Assembly: GCA_965116885.1 (NCBI GenBank)
Contig: OZ220741.1
Coordinates: 1,024,001-1,088,000 of the forward strand
Origin: Candidatus Latescibacterota bacterium
GTDB taxonomy: Bacteria; Latescibacterota; UBA2968
DNA: 64,000 nucleotides
Direction: 5' to 3'
Made by a program: the position numbers and the translations under genes. Shown here one piece after another: positions 31,432 through 41,333 of this stretch (positions are counted from its first letter, which is position 1; each line of letters begins with the position of its first letter). The notes below the pieces were generated by a model that was given only the letters and a program-made list of their open reading frames with translations, made no database searches and was not told the origin of the DNA.

Positions 31432-33405
31432 TCAATCGGCCGGTTCGCCAAAGTAGCTCGAGCCGAAAATCAGGCCATCGTAGCGAATCACCCATGCATG
31501 TGCATCCAGTATTACGCCGGTTCGCACGTGGGGCCGCTGATAGTGAATCCAGTGCCCCTCCTCGGTCGCACGCACTATTTCTTTGCCAAGTTCAAAGCCG
31601 GTGCTGGGTATCTTGACAACTTCGATGTTGAGGCCCACCGCTCCGGGCGCAATGAGGAAGACAGCGACGAGGCCATTCTCGTCAATCAGAAACAAAGACC
31701 ATTGGCCTTCGATGCTCTCCCGGCTGCTGTAGTAGGCGACGGTAGCTTCCAGGCCCTCCTGTTTGTACTTATCTATCGCGGCCTGCACGTATGCCTTGGT
31801 GGCCGATTCGGGACTCTCCGGGGCAGGGTAATAGCCCGAAGCGAAAAGCAGCCCATCGCGCCGGATGGCATAGCCCACCTTGGGCACCTCCACCAGCGTC
31901 ACCGGATGCGGCCACAGGTATTCCACCCAAACGCCCACGCCTTCCTCCGCCTTGGCCAGCGCCTTACCCAGTTCGTAGCCATCGGAACCCACCACATTCT
32001 TGAGGTCCGTGCCGATCAGTCTGGGAATCAGCGGGTGGACGTGATAGATGTCGTCCGCGTCGGTGGCGAACAAATACCACTCGCCCTCAATGGAGGCCAC
32101 GCTGTTGTAGTATGCCTTCATCGCCTCCAGGCCGTCGCGCTCGTAGCGCTCAATGGCCCGTTGCACGTACGCCAAGGTGTACTCCCTCGGATCGGCACCC
32201 TGCCAGGGCGGCGGTCCCGCCTCGATGTCCGAGGTGTAGTAGCCCGATGCGAAGATCAGCCCGTCGTGCCGCACCACCCAGGCCGCCTTGTGTTCTTCCC
32301 GTAGCGTTACCGGGTTCGGCCACAGGTATTCCACCCAATGGCCTTCCTCCGTAGCCTTGGCTATCTCCTTCCCCAGTTCGTAACCGTCCGAACCCACCAC
32401 GTCCTTGATGTCCGTGCCGATCAGGTGCGGGAATATCGGATGCGCCAGATAGAGATCATCGGCCCCGATGAGGAACAGGTAAAATTGCCCATCCACGCTT
32501 TCCCGGCTGTTGTAATACGCGATGGTCGCTTCCAGGCCCTCTCGGTCGTAGTGCGCGATCGCCTTGGCGATGTAATTGTGGGTGGCGTCGGCCAGATTTT
32601 CCCGCAGCGTGAAATGCCCGGACATGAAAACGAGGTCGTCGTGCCGAATGAGGAAGCTGCGCTTGGGGCCTAACTGTCGGGTTATGGAATGGATATCTTG
32701 ATGATCCACCCAGAGACCTTCCGTAGGCACTTCTTCCATCGGGGGGAATGGTGCGCCAGTGGGCGCGGGCGCACCGACGCGAATGGATAAACCACTTGCC
32801 AGTATGATGCTTTGCTGCGGGTCAATGATAGTCATGTGCCGCTCGCCTTCGATGCTCTCCTGGCTGCTGTAGTATGCGAGCGTGGCTTCTCGGCCATCGC
32901 GCTGGTAACGCTCAATGCCCTTCATCACAAAGGCCATGGTCAGCGCGTCGTCTTCATCGGCGGCCATCGGCGGAGAACTCAGAACCTGCGCCCTGCCACC
33001 TATCGGCAAAGACAACATCACCTCAGCACCCGCATTCAACGGGATGCTCGACCACGAACCTACCTCACTCCCATCCTGCACAGCACGCGCCTGATAATAC
33101 CCACTGCCGCCAGTAATCTCTATCTGCGCCTGACCCTCATCATCCGTCATACCCGACCAGTCATAGCTCGCAGACTGACCCGCAACAGAACGCGAAAACT
33201 CGACCATCACACCACTGACTGGCCCCTCATCCTCGTGCACCGTCGCCACCACGACCAGAGAATGCCCGGCCACTGCCAATTTACTCAACGGACGACCAAC
33301 CTGCTCCTCTGCCACCTGAGACTGCGTCCCACGATCCCCACCACAACTCCACAGCCCGCCAGCCACCAGCGCGAGCACGAACACGCGACAAACATCTCGA
33401 AACAT
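31432..33405 (-). CDS. Lipoprotein with N-terminal Ig-like domain and four single Cache-like domains
   Basis: Lipobox LWSC; four repeats of AIxxYxxxGLEA..YLF..HP..GxWVEYxWP..RHDGLIFASGYY. Confidence 0.8.
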   Translation of the reverse strand: MFRDVCRVFVLALVAGGLWSCGGDRGTQSQVAEEQVGRPLSKLAVAGHSLVVVATVHEDEGPVSGVMVEFSRSVAGQSASYDWSGMTDDEGQAQIEITGGSGYYQARAVQDGSEVGSWSSIPLNAGAEVMLSLPIGGRAQVLSSPPMAADEDDALTMAFVMKGIERYQRDGREATLAYYSSQESIEGERHMTIIDPQQSIILASGLSIRVGAPAPTGAPFPPMEEVPTEGLWVDHQDIHSITRQLGPKRSFLIRHDDLVFMSGHFTLRENLADATHNYIAKAIAHYDREGLEATIAYYNSRESVDGQFYLFLIGADDLYLAHPIFPHLIGTDIKDVVGSDGYELGKEIAKATEEGHWVEYLWPNPVTLREEHKAAWVVRHDGLIFASGYYTSDIEAGPPPWQGADPREYTLAYVQRAIERYERDGLEAMKAYYNSVASIEGEWYLFATDADDIYHVHPLIPRLIGTDLKNVVGSDGYELGKALAKAEEGVGVWVEYLWPHPVTLVEVPKVGYAIRRDGLLFASGYYPAPESPESATKAYVQAAIDKYKQEGLEATVAYYSSRESIEGQWSLFLIDENGLVAVFLIAPGAVGLNIEVVKIPSTGFELGKEIVRATEEGHWIHYQRPHVRTGVILDAHAWVIRYDGLIFGSSYFGEPAD

Positions 33406-33482
33406 AACAATCTCCCTTACAAAATGGTTTTCTCTGCCACAACTGCGAACTGCAATAAAATACTTTAGCTTTTATGAGCGGC

Positions 33483-35093
33483 TCAATCGGCCGGTTCGCC
33501 AAAGTAGCTCGAGCCGAAAATCAGGCCATCGTAGCGAATCACCCATGCATGTGCATCCAGGATTACGCCGGTTCTCACGTTGGGCCGCTGGTAGTTAATC
33601 CAGTGCCCGGCCTCGGTCGCACGCACTATTTCTTTGCCAAGTTCAAAGCCGGTGCTGGGTACCTTAATGTTCTCGATGTTGAGACCCACCGCTCCGGGCG
33701 CAACAAGGAAGACAGCGATGCGCCCATTCTCGTCAATCAGGAACAGGGACGATTGGCCTTCAATGCTCTCCCGGCTGCTGTAGTAGGCGACGGTGGCTTC
33801 CAGGCCCTCCTGTTTGTACTTGTCTATCGCGGCCTGCACGTATGCCTTGGTGGCCGATTCGGGACTCTCCGGGGCAGGGTAATAGCCCGAAGCGAAAAGC
33901 AGCCCATCGTGCCGAATGGCGTAGCCCACCTTGGGAACCTCCGCCAGTGTCACCGGATGCGGCCACATGTATTCCACCCAAACACCCACGCCGTCCCCCG
34001 CCTTGACCAGCGCCTTGCCCAGTTCGTAGCCATCGGAACCCACCACATTCTTGAGGTCCGTGCCGATCAGTCTGGGAATCAGCGGGTGGACGTGATAGAT
34101 GTCGTCCGCGTCGGTGGCGAACAAATACCACTCGCCCTCAATGGAGGCCACGCTGTTGTAGTATGCCTTCATCGCCTCCAGGCCATCGCTCTTGTAGCGA
34201 TCAATGGCCCGTTGCACGTACGCCACGGTGTACTCCCTCGGATCGGCACCCTGCCAGGGTGGCTGTCCCGCTTCGGTGTCCGAGGTGTAGTAGCCCGATG
34301 CGAAGATCAGTCCGTCGTGCCGCACCACCCAGGCCGCCTTTTGTTCTTCCCGTAGTGTTACCGGATTCGGCCACAGGTATTCCACCCAGTGACCTTCCTC
34401 CGTAGCCTTGGCTATCTCCTTCCCCAGTTCGTAACCGTCCGAACCCACCACGTCCTTGATGTCCGTGCCGATCAGGTGCGGGAAAATGGGATGTGCCAGA
34501 TAGAGATCATCGGCCCCGATGAGGAACAAATAAAAATGCCCATCCACGCTTTCCCGGCTGTTGTAATACGCGACGGTCGCTTCCAGGCCCTCTCGGTCGT
34601 AGTGCGCGACCGCTTTGGCAATGTAATTGCGGGTGACGTCGGCCAGATTTTCTTGCAACGTGAAATGCCCGGCCATGAAAACGAGATCATCGTGCCGAAT
34701 GCGGAAGCTGCGCATGGGGCCTAACTGTCGGGTTCTGGGATGAATACTTTGATGATCCATCCAGATGCCTTCCGGAGTGACTGGACCGAATCCGGGCGCG
34801 GGCGCACCGACGTGAACGGGTAAACCACTTGCCAGTATGACGCTTTGCTGCGGGTCAATGATAAGCATGAACCGATCGCCTTCGATGCTCTCCTGGCTGC
34901 TGTAGTATGCGAGCGTGGCTTCCCGCCCATCGCGGTCGTAGCGCTCAATGCCCTTCATAACATAAGCTTTTGTGAGCGCATCGTCCTCATCGGCGGCCAT
35001 CGCAGAAGAACTCGTAACCTGTGCATTACCACCAACCCACAGTGCGCCAGCCACCAATGCCAGTACGAACATACGACAAATATCTCGAAACAT
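33483..35093 (-). CDS. Secreted protein with four single Cache-like domains (tandem paralog)
   Basis: Near-identical to the C-terminal part of 31432-33405; signal peptide, no lipobox Cys. Confidence 0.8.
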   Translation of the reverse strand: MFRDICRMFVLALVAGALWVGGNAQVTSSSAMAADEDDALTKAYVMKGIERYDRDGREATLAYYSSQESIEGDRFMLIIDPQQSVILASGLPVHVGAPAPGFGPVTPEGIWMDHQSIHPRTRQLGPMRSFRIRHDDLVFMAGHFTLQENLADVTRNYIAKAVAHYDREGLEATVAYYNSRESVDGHFYLFLIGADDLYLAHPIFPHLIGTDIKDVVGSDGYELGKEIAKATEEGHWVEYLWPNPVTLREEQKAAWVVRHDGLIFASGYYTSDTEAGQPPWQGADPREYTVAYVQRAIDRYKSDGLEAMKAYYNSVASIEGEWYLFATDADDIYHVHPLIPRLIGTDLKNVVGSDGYELGKALVKAGDGVGVWVEYMWPHPVTLAEVPKVGYAIRHDGLLFASGYYPAPESPESATKAYVQAAIDKYKQEGLEATVAYYSSRESIEGQSSLFLIDENGRIAVFLVAPGAVGLNIENIKVPSTGFELGKEIVRATEAGHWINYQRPNVRTGVILDAHAWVIRYDGLIFGSSYFGEPAD

Positions 35094-35190
35094 AACAACC
35101 TCCCTGTTAAAATGGTCCTTTCTGTGACAACTACAAAAAAATAAACTACTTTTCGCGAAATATAAAGCCTTTTTTTGCGGATCACACTTC

Positions 35191-36111
35191 TCACGCCCTC
35201 GGATGAAACGTTCGGTGCACCTCCTTCAAATACTCCCGATCGACATGGGTATAAATCTGCGTCGTTGAAATATCCGCATGCCCCAGCATCTCTTGCACCG
35301 CCCGCAAATCTGCGCCCCCCTCCAGCAAATGCGTCGCAAAAGAATGCCGCAACGTATGCGGACTCACCTTCTTCTCCAACCCCGCCAGCACCACGTATTG
35401 CCTCAGCAACTTCCACACGCCCATCCGCGAAAATGGACCACCGCGAAAATTCAAAAACACCTCGGACCCCGTACGCGGCTTGACCAACTCCGGACGCACC
35501 GCATCCAAATACTCAGTCACCCACTCAATACCCTCTGACCCAATCGGCACCACCCGCTCGCGCCCGCCCTTGCCCAGCACCCGAACCACCTCCACATCAA
35601 ACAGCAAATCCACCAGCGACAACCCGATCAACTCCGACACCCGCAGCCCCGCCCCGTAAAGCATCTCTATAAGCGCGCGATCCCGCAACCCCAGGGGCGT
35701 CTCCACATCCGGCGCCAGCATCAACCGCTCAACCTCGTAAATATTCAGCACCGACGGCAACTTTCGCCCCAATTTGGGCGGCTTCAAATGCTCCGTCGGA
35801 TCCCGGCGCGCCAGACCCTCCCCTATCAAAAACCTGTGAAACATCCGCACCGCCGTCAAATTGCGCGCCACACTCGACGCCTCCAGCCCCATCTCCGCAA
35901 GCAAATCCAACAGCGCGGACACCTCCGCCTGAGAAATCGCATCCGGCGCATCAATCCCCAAATCCGTCAACAGCGTCAAATACCGGCTCAAATCGCGTTG
36001 ATATGCACGCGCCGTATTATCCGATAACCCGCGCTCCAGCGTCACAGAATCGAGAAACCGCTGCAACGCGCGTTCCAGTTCTGGGGCAATTATCATCTGA
36101 TCTATAGACAT
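35191..36111 (-). CDS. xerD: Site-specific tyrosine recombinase XerD
   Basis: RDRA, GLRVSEL, SPHTLRHSFATHLLEGGADLRAVQEMLGHADISTTQIY, HPRA C-terminus. Confidence 0.93.
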   Translation of the reverse strand: MSIDQMIIAPELERALQRFLDSVTLERGLSDNTARAYQRDLSRYLTLLTDLGIDAPDAISQAEVSALLDLLAEMGLEASSVARNLTAVRMFHRFLIGEGLARRDPTEHLKPPKLGRKLPSVLNIYEVERLMLAPDVETPLGLRDRALIEMLYGAGLRVSELIGLSLVDLLFDVEVVRVLGKGGRERVVPIGSEGIEWVTEYLDAVRPELVKPRTGSEVFLNFRGGPFSRMGVWKLLRQYVVLAGLEKKVSPHTLRHSFATHLLEGGADLRAVQEMLGHADISTTQIYTHVDREYLKEVHRTFHPRA

Positions 36112-36133
36112 GATTTCTCACCATCGAAAAATC

Positions 36134-36157
36134 GGGCGAGGCATGCCTCGCCCCTAC
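36134..36157 (-). repeat. GTAG-type REP supplying the uvrC stop codon
   Basis: GTAGGGGCGAGGCATGCCTCGCCC, identical to 16439-16462. Confidence 0.85.
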
Positions 36158-38001
36158 ATTTTCTTCAACCCCTCACAAATCACCTCAGCCAACCGCATCC
36201 CCACTCCCTCGACCTCTGCCACCTCCGCCACCTCTGCCTCCCGGATCCGCTTTACCGAACCGAAATGCTTCAACAGCGCGATGCGCCGCGACGGACCCAC
36301 CCCGGGAATCTCATCCAGCTCCGACGTCAGCGTCCGCTTATCGCGCAACTTGCGGTGGTATTCAATCGCAAACCGGTGCGACTCATCGCGCAACATCTGC
36401 AACAACTTCAACGACGACGACGTTTTGGGAATATTCTGCGGATCGGACAAACCCGGCACAAACACCTCCTCCAGCCGCTTTGCCAGCCCAATCACCGGCT
36501 GATCTTCAATCCCCAAACCCCGCAACGCCTCAACCACGCTCGAAAGCTGCCCCTTGCCCCCATCGACCAACAGCAAATCGGGAAACGACTTCCCCTCCTC
36601 CATCAACCGCTTAAACCGCCGCGTCACCACCTGCTGCATCATCGCAAAATCATTGGGCCCCTCCAACCCCGTAATTTTAAAATGCCTGTACTCGCGCTTC
36701 CGCGCCCTCCCATCCACAAAACACACCAGCGACGCCACCGGATCCGACCCTTGAATATTTGAAATATCCACCGCCTCGATCCACCGCGGCGGCTTCTCCA
36801 GGTGCAAATCGCGCTGAAGCGCCTGCACTGCTGCCGGTGCTTGCGACCTGCGATTCTCGCGCTTCAAACGCCGCTCTGCCAACAACAGCCGCGCATTATT
36901 CTCCGCCATCTTCACCAACCGGAACTTATCCCCCCGCTGGGGCACGCGCATCTCAACCCCGCCCTCTGAACGCTCTGTAAGCCAATCGAGCACCGTCTCC
37001 CGATCCTCAATATCACACGGCAGACACACCTCTCGCGGCACAAAAGTAGCCGTCGCGTAAAACAACTGCACAAATGCCGAAACCACCTCCTCTTCAGACG
37101 CATCCAGCACCCCCCCGATAAAATAATTCTGCCGCCCGATCAACCGTCCATCGCGCACCTCCATCACCACCCCGCAAGCCTCGTCATCTTCCCGCGCAAT
37201 CGCAATCGCATCCCAATCCGTCAAAGCATTGGACACCACCTTTTGCCGACTCGCGGCCTGTTCCAGGGCCCGAATGCGATCCCGATAAATCGCCGCCTCC
37301 TCGTACCTCAGCGCCTCTGCCGCCCGCTTCATCCGCTCTTTAAGCGTCACCATAACCTGCGTATGCCGCCCCGTCAAAAACAACACCGCTTCATCCACGA
37401 TCTTCTGATACGCCCCTGCCACAATCAACCCCTCGCACGGCCCGTCACACCGCTTGATCTCGTAATCCAGACACAGCCGCACATTGGCCTTTGGCAAATC
37501 GTAATCACAACTTCGGATCCGAAACAACCGGTGCATCGTCTCCACCATCCGCCGCATCGCCTTCACATCTGTATAAGGACCCAAATAGCGCGACCCATCC
37601 TTCACCACATCGCGCGTCACCACAACGCGGGGAAACGCCTCTTTTGTAATGCGGATATACGGATACTTCTTGTCGTCTTTCAAACTGATATTGTAGCGCG
37701 GCTTGTGTGCCTTGATCAAATTCGCTTCTAAAATCAACGCCTCCAACTCCGTATCCGTAACAATATATTCCAAATCGCGCACATTGCGAACCAGCGCCCG
37801 AAACTGTCGCCGCCCATCATGGGCATTGGGACGAAAATACTGCTGCACCCGGCTGCGCAACACCTTTGCCTTGCCGATATAAATAATCTGCCCCTCGTCG
37901 CCCTTCATCATGTACACACCAGGCTCTCTGGGCATCAATGCAACAATACCGTCGATGTGCTCGCGAACAGTGTTGCGGTCGCGTTTCGATTCATCGATCA
38001 A
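36154..38001 (-). CDS. uvrC: Excinuclease ABC subunit C
   Basis: PGVY..IYIGKA, EANLIK, PDLLLVDGGKGQL, HhH tail. Confidence 0.96.
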   Translation of the reverse strand: MIDESKRDRNTVREHIDGIVALMPREPGVYMMKGDEGQIIYIGKAKVLRSRVQQYFRPNAHDGRRQFRALVRNVRDLEYIVTDTELEALILEANLIKAHKPRYNISLKDDKKYPYIRITKEAFPRVVVTRDVVKDGSRYLGPYTDVKAMRRMVETMHRLFRIRSCDYDLPKANVRLCLDYEIKRCDGPCEGLIVAGAYQKIVDEAVLFLTGRHTQVMVTLKERMKRAAEALRYEEAAIYRDRIRALEQAASRQKVVSNALTDWDAIAIAREDDEACGVVMEVRDGRLIGRQNYFIGGVLDASEEEVVSAFVQLFYATATFVPREVCLPCDIEDRETVLDWLTERSEGGVEMRVPQRGDKFRLVKMAENNARLLLAERRLKRENRRSQAPAAVQALQRDLHLEKPPRWIEAVDISNIQGSDPVASLVCFVDGRARKREYRHFKITGLEGPNDFAMMQQVVTRRFKRLMEEGKSFPDLLLVDGGKGQLSSVVEALRGLGIEDQPVIGLAKRLEEVFVPGLSDPQNIPKTSSSLKLLQMLRDESHRFAIEYHRKLRDKRTLTSELDEIPGVGPSRRIALLKHFGSVKRIREAEVAEVAEVEGVGMRLAEVICEGLKKM

Positions 38002-38025
38002 AGGGTTATCCTTTCAACATCGCAC

Positions 38026-38060
38026 GGGCGGGCACGGGGGGACGGCCCCTGTGCCGTCCC
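38026..38060. repeat. Internally deleted REP doublet
   Basis: gggcgggcacggggg joined to gacggcccctgtgccgtccc, the outer ends of the 25053-25124 doublet. Confidence 0.7.
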
Positions 38061-38069
38061 GAACATCAA

Positions 38070-38564
38070 TCACAAATCCACAATCTCCACATCCATCGCA
38101 TTCAAATCCAGAATCCCCACCGTCTCCCTGCCCGTCGTCCACCCACACGCCTCCCCGGGATTAATCACCAGCGTATCGCCTCTTCGCACATCGATCTCGT
38201 GCGTATGCCCGTAAAAAATCACATCATAAGCACCGCTCTGTGATAGGGCATCCACCTCATCTGGCTCGTGCAGCATCAAAATGCGCTTGCCCTCCCACTC
38301 GTGTACATAAGGTGGGCGGTGAATCGGTCCCAAGCTCTCAAAAAGTGCCCGCAAACCGAACTTCTCCCCATCGTTATTCCCAAAAACCCCCACAAAAGGC
38401 ACCGTCAAATCCCCCATCCAGCGCGCATTAAACGGCGCGATATAATCGCCCCCGTGCAGCACCAGCCCCACGTCCCGCGCATTAAAAAGCTCAACCGCTT
38501 TCTCAATTGCGTGTTTATTGTCATGTGTATCCGTAATCAAACCGACAAGATGTGATTTTCCCAT
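38070..38564 (-). CDS. YfcE/MJ0936-family metallophosphoesterase
   Basis: DTHDN, HGGD, GNND, GHTH, NPG. Confidence 0.9.
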   Translation of the reverse strand: MGKSHLVGLITDTHDNKHAIEKAVELFNARDVGLVLHGGDYIAPFNARWMGDLTVPFVGVFGNNDGEKFGLRALFESLGPIHRPPYVHEWEGKRILMLHEPDEVDALSQSGAYDVIFYGHTHEIDVRRGDTLVINPGEACGWTTGRETVGILDLNAMDVEIVDL

Positions 38565-39014
38565 AGTCAGACTCCCGTTATCAGATCAATTCTTCTGGAG
38601 GAACTCGATTTTCATAATTATATGCATATAATTTCCCAAAAAAAACAAAAAATCTTATCTTATACAGATGTAGATAAAGTAGTAAATGGAAAAAGTAAAG
38701 TTAGAAGTGTGCATAATTCATTTGTTGTAGTACAGCGAAGTATAAAGTTTTTTTCATGCCTTCGGCGACCTACTTTTTTTCAGCAGCAAAAAAAAGTAGG
38801 CGAGCGGGGTACAACTGACCGTTTCTCAGGTCAGTTCAAAAATGCCGCTCTCAAACGCCGAGGGGCTGGCACAGCGCAAAACGTTTTTGGGGTAATACGC
38901 CATACTGTGGCCTTCAGATTACAATGCCATAAAGATGTCTGCTGCGAATCGGACTTGCGCGCTGTGCCCGATGGCTCATTTGATTTATGAGTTAAATACA
39001 GGAGCAGACCCCTT

Positions 39015-39893
39015 ATGCCCATACTAAAAATCGGCCTCCCCTCCGGAAGCCTTCAGGAATCTACGCTCACCCTGTTTGCCAAAGCCGGTTATCGCATCCA
39101 CGCCAGCCACCGGTCTTACACGCCCGTCATCGACGACCCCGAACTCGAGGGCTTATTTTTGCGCGCCCAGGAAATCGCGCACTACGTCGAACGCGGCGTC
39201 CTCGACATTGGCCTCACCGGCATCGACTGGATCCGAGAAAACGAAGCCGACATCGTCGAAATCGCCGAATTTGCCTACAGCAAAACCTCATCGCAACCCG
39301 CGCGCTGGATCATCGCAGTCCCCGAAGACTCGGACATTCAGACCGTACAGGACCTGCAGGGCAAGCGCGTCGCCACCGAACTCGTCACAGCCACGCGCAA
39401 CCACCTCAAAAACCACGGCATAACCGCCGAAGTCGAATACTCCTGGGGATCCACCGAAGCCAAAGTACGCGTGCCCGGCCTCGTCGATGCCATCGCCGAA
39501 CTCACCGAAACTGGATCCTCTCTGCGCGCCAACAACCTGCGCGTCATAGACACCATGTTTGAAACCACGCCCAGACTCATCGCCAACAAAACAGCGTGGA
39601 ACAATGCGTGGAAACGCGAAAAAGCGCAACACATTGCCACCTTGCTCATCGGTGCGTTCAACGCCGAAGACAAAGTCGGCCTCAAAATGAACGTACGCCG
39701 CGCAGACCTCGCGCAAATCGTCAAAAATCTACCCGCGCTCAACAACCCCACCATCGCCAACTTACTCGACGAAAACTGGGTTGCAATTGAAGTCATCGTA
39801 GATGAGCGCGTCGTGCGCGACCTCATCCCAAAACTCAAAAAAGCAGGTGCCGAAGGCATCATCGAATATCCCTTGAATAAAGTGATCTATTAA
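39015..39893 (+). CDS. hisG: ATP phosphoribosyltransferase (long form)
   Basis: GLPSGSL, DIGLTG, ETGSSLRANNL, C-terminal regulatory domain. Confidence 0.96.
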   Translation: MPILKIGLPSGSLQESTLTLFAKAGYRIHASHRSYTPVIDDPELEGLFLRAQEIAHYVERGVLDIGLTGIDWIRENEADIVEIAEFAYSKTSSQPARWIIAVPEDSDIQTVQDLQGKRVATELVTATRNHLKNHGITAEVEYSWGSTEAKVRVPGLVDAIAELTETGSSLRANNLRVIDTMFETTPRLIANKTAWNNAWKREKAQHIATLLIGAFNAEDKVGLKMNVRRADLAQIVKNLPALNNPTIANLLDENWVAIEVIVDERVVRDLIPKLKKAGAEGIIEYPLNKVIY

Positions 39894-39946
39894 CCCCTGA
39901 TTTTGACTCTTATCCTGTACATCCTTTCATCCTGCACATCCTGATC
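39893..39946 (-). repeat. Purine-rich GATCAGGAT repeat in reverse orientation filling the hisG-hisD gap
   Basis: Reverse complement reads gatcaggatgtgcaggatgaaaggatgtacaggataag. Confidence 0.7.
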
Positions 39947-41251
39947 ATGATCGAACTCATCACATACAACCGCGACAAAACACCCCCAAAACTCGACGCC
40001 ATCCTCTCGCGCAGCCCTGACTTCTCCGCCGAACAGGAAGCCACCGTGCGGGAAATCGTCACCACCGTAAAAAAACAGGGGGATCGCGCCCTGCTCGCGT
40101 ACACCAAAAAATACGACGGCATCGACATAATCGACATCCGCGTGCCCGAAACCGAAATCAAAGCCGCCCATCGCAACGCCGACCCCAAATTCATCGAAAT
40201 CATAGACGCAGCCGCGACAAACATCCGCAAATTTCACGAAACCCAGCGACAAACATCCTACTTCATCGAAGACGGCGACGGCGTCATCCTCGGCAAACGC
40301 ATCCTCCCCATCGAACGCGTTGCCCTGCTCATCCCCGGTGCAAGTGCCCCCCTATTCTCCACCCTGCTCATGGCCGCCATCCCCGCGCAAATCGCAGGCG
40401 TCCCGCACCTCTGCATCGCCACGCCCCCGCAGCCAAACGGCGCCATACACCCCGCCGTCCTCGCCACAGCCCATCACCTGGGAATATGTGAAATCTACAA
40501 AGTCTTCGGTGCTCAAGCCATTGCCGCACTCGCCTATGGCACCGACACCATACCCCGCGTTGACAAACTCGTCGGACCCGGCAACCCATACGTCCAAATC
40601 GCAAAAAAACTCGTCTTCGGAACCGTTGACATCGACATGATCGCCGGACCCAGCGAAATCGTCGTCCTCGCCGACCACACCGCAAACGCCAAACACATCG
40701 CCGCCGACCTCCTCTCACAGGCCGAACACGGCAGCGGCTTTGAAGCCGCAGTCTGCATCACGCCCTCTGCCGACCTCGCAACGCAAATCGCCGACGAAAT
40801 CGCCCATCAAGCCGCCGACCTGACACATAGAAAAGCCATACAAAACGCACTCGACCGCTTTGGCGCAATCGTCGTCGTCCGCGACCTCGCCGAAGGCATT
40901 GACCTCGCCAATCGCATGGCACCCGAACACCTCGAACTCATCGTCGCCGACCCCTGGACACATCTCCAATCGGTTCGCCATGCCGGTGCCGTATTCCTCG
41001 GCGCGGCATCATCCGAACCCGTGGGCGACTACTACGCGGGCACCAACCACATCCTGCCCACAGCCGGCGCCGCCCGATTCGCGTCATCTGTTGGCGTTGA
41101 CACCTTCACCAAAACCATCAGCATCTTACAATATACCGACCAACGCCTGCAAAAAACCGCGGGCCACATCATCAGCATGGCCGAAACCGAGGGCCTCGAC
41201 GCCCATGCCAATGCCATCAGACAAAGGATAAAGGCGGACCTACCCCCCTAA
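39947..41251 (+). CDS. hisD: Histidinol dehydrogenase
   Basis: GPGNPYV, IDMIAGPSE, QAEH, APEHL, GDYYAGTNHILPT. Confidence 0.97.
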   Translation: MIELITYNRDKTPPKLDAILSRSPDFSAEQEATVREIVTTVKKQGDRALLAYTKKYDGIDIIDIRVPETEIKAAHRNADPKFIEIIDAAATNIRKFHETQRQTSYFIEDGDGVILGKRILPIERVALLIPGASAPLFSTLLMAAIPAQIAGVPHLCIATPPQPNGAIHPAVLATAHHLGICEIYKVFGAQAIAALAYGTDTIPRVDKLVGPGNPYVQIAKKLVFGTVDIDMIAGPSEIVVLADHTANAKHIAADLLSQAEHGSGFEAAVCITPSADLATQIADEIAHQAADLTHRKAIQNALDRFGAIVVVRDLAEGIDLANRMAPEHLELIVADPWTHLQSVRHAGAVFLGAASSEPVGDYYAGTNHILPTAGAARFASSVGVDTFTKTISILQYTDQRLQKTAGHIISMAETEGLDAHANAIRQRIKADLPP

Positions 41252-41323
41252 CCCCCCTTCCTGCGAGGAAGGGGGGAACCAGGTCTCCCCTCCCCGTCTC
41301 GGGGAGGGGCCAGGGGAGGGGTT
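41239..41323. repeat. C-rich/G-rich double-hairpin intergenic repeat overlapping the hisD end
   Basis: cccttcct-gcg-aggaaggg and cccctcccc-gtctc-ggggagggg stems inside an outer C-rich/G-rich inverted repeat. Confidence 0.65.
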
Positions 41324-41333
41324 CCAAACCACA

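Noticed and set aside
31432..35093. Diversity-generating retroelement TR/VR pair
   Set aside because: Differences between copies are not adenine-specific, both copies are full genes, and no reverse transcriptase is present
35191..36111. Integrase of a genomic island carrying the Cache genes
   Set aside because: Sequence and uvrC linkage fit housekeeping XerD; no att repeats seen
38622..38990. 122-aa ORF or his attenuator peptide
   Set aside because: No His-codon run, no SD, and it runs through structured repeat DNA
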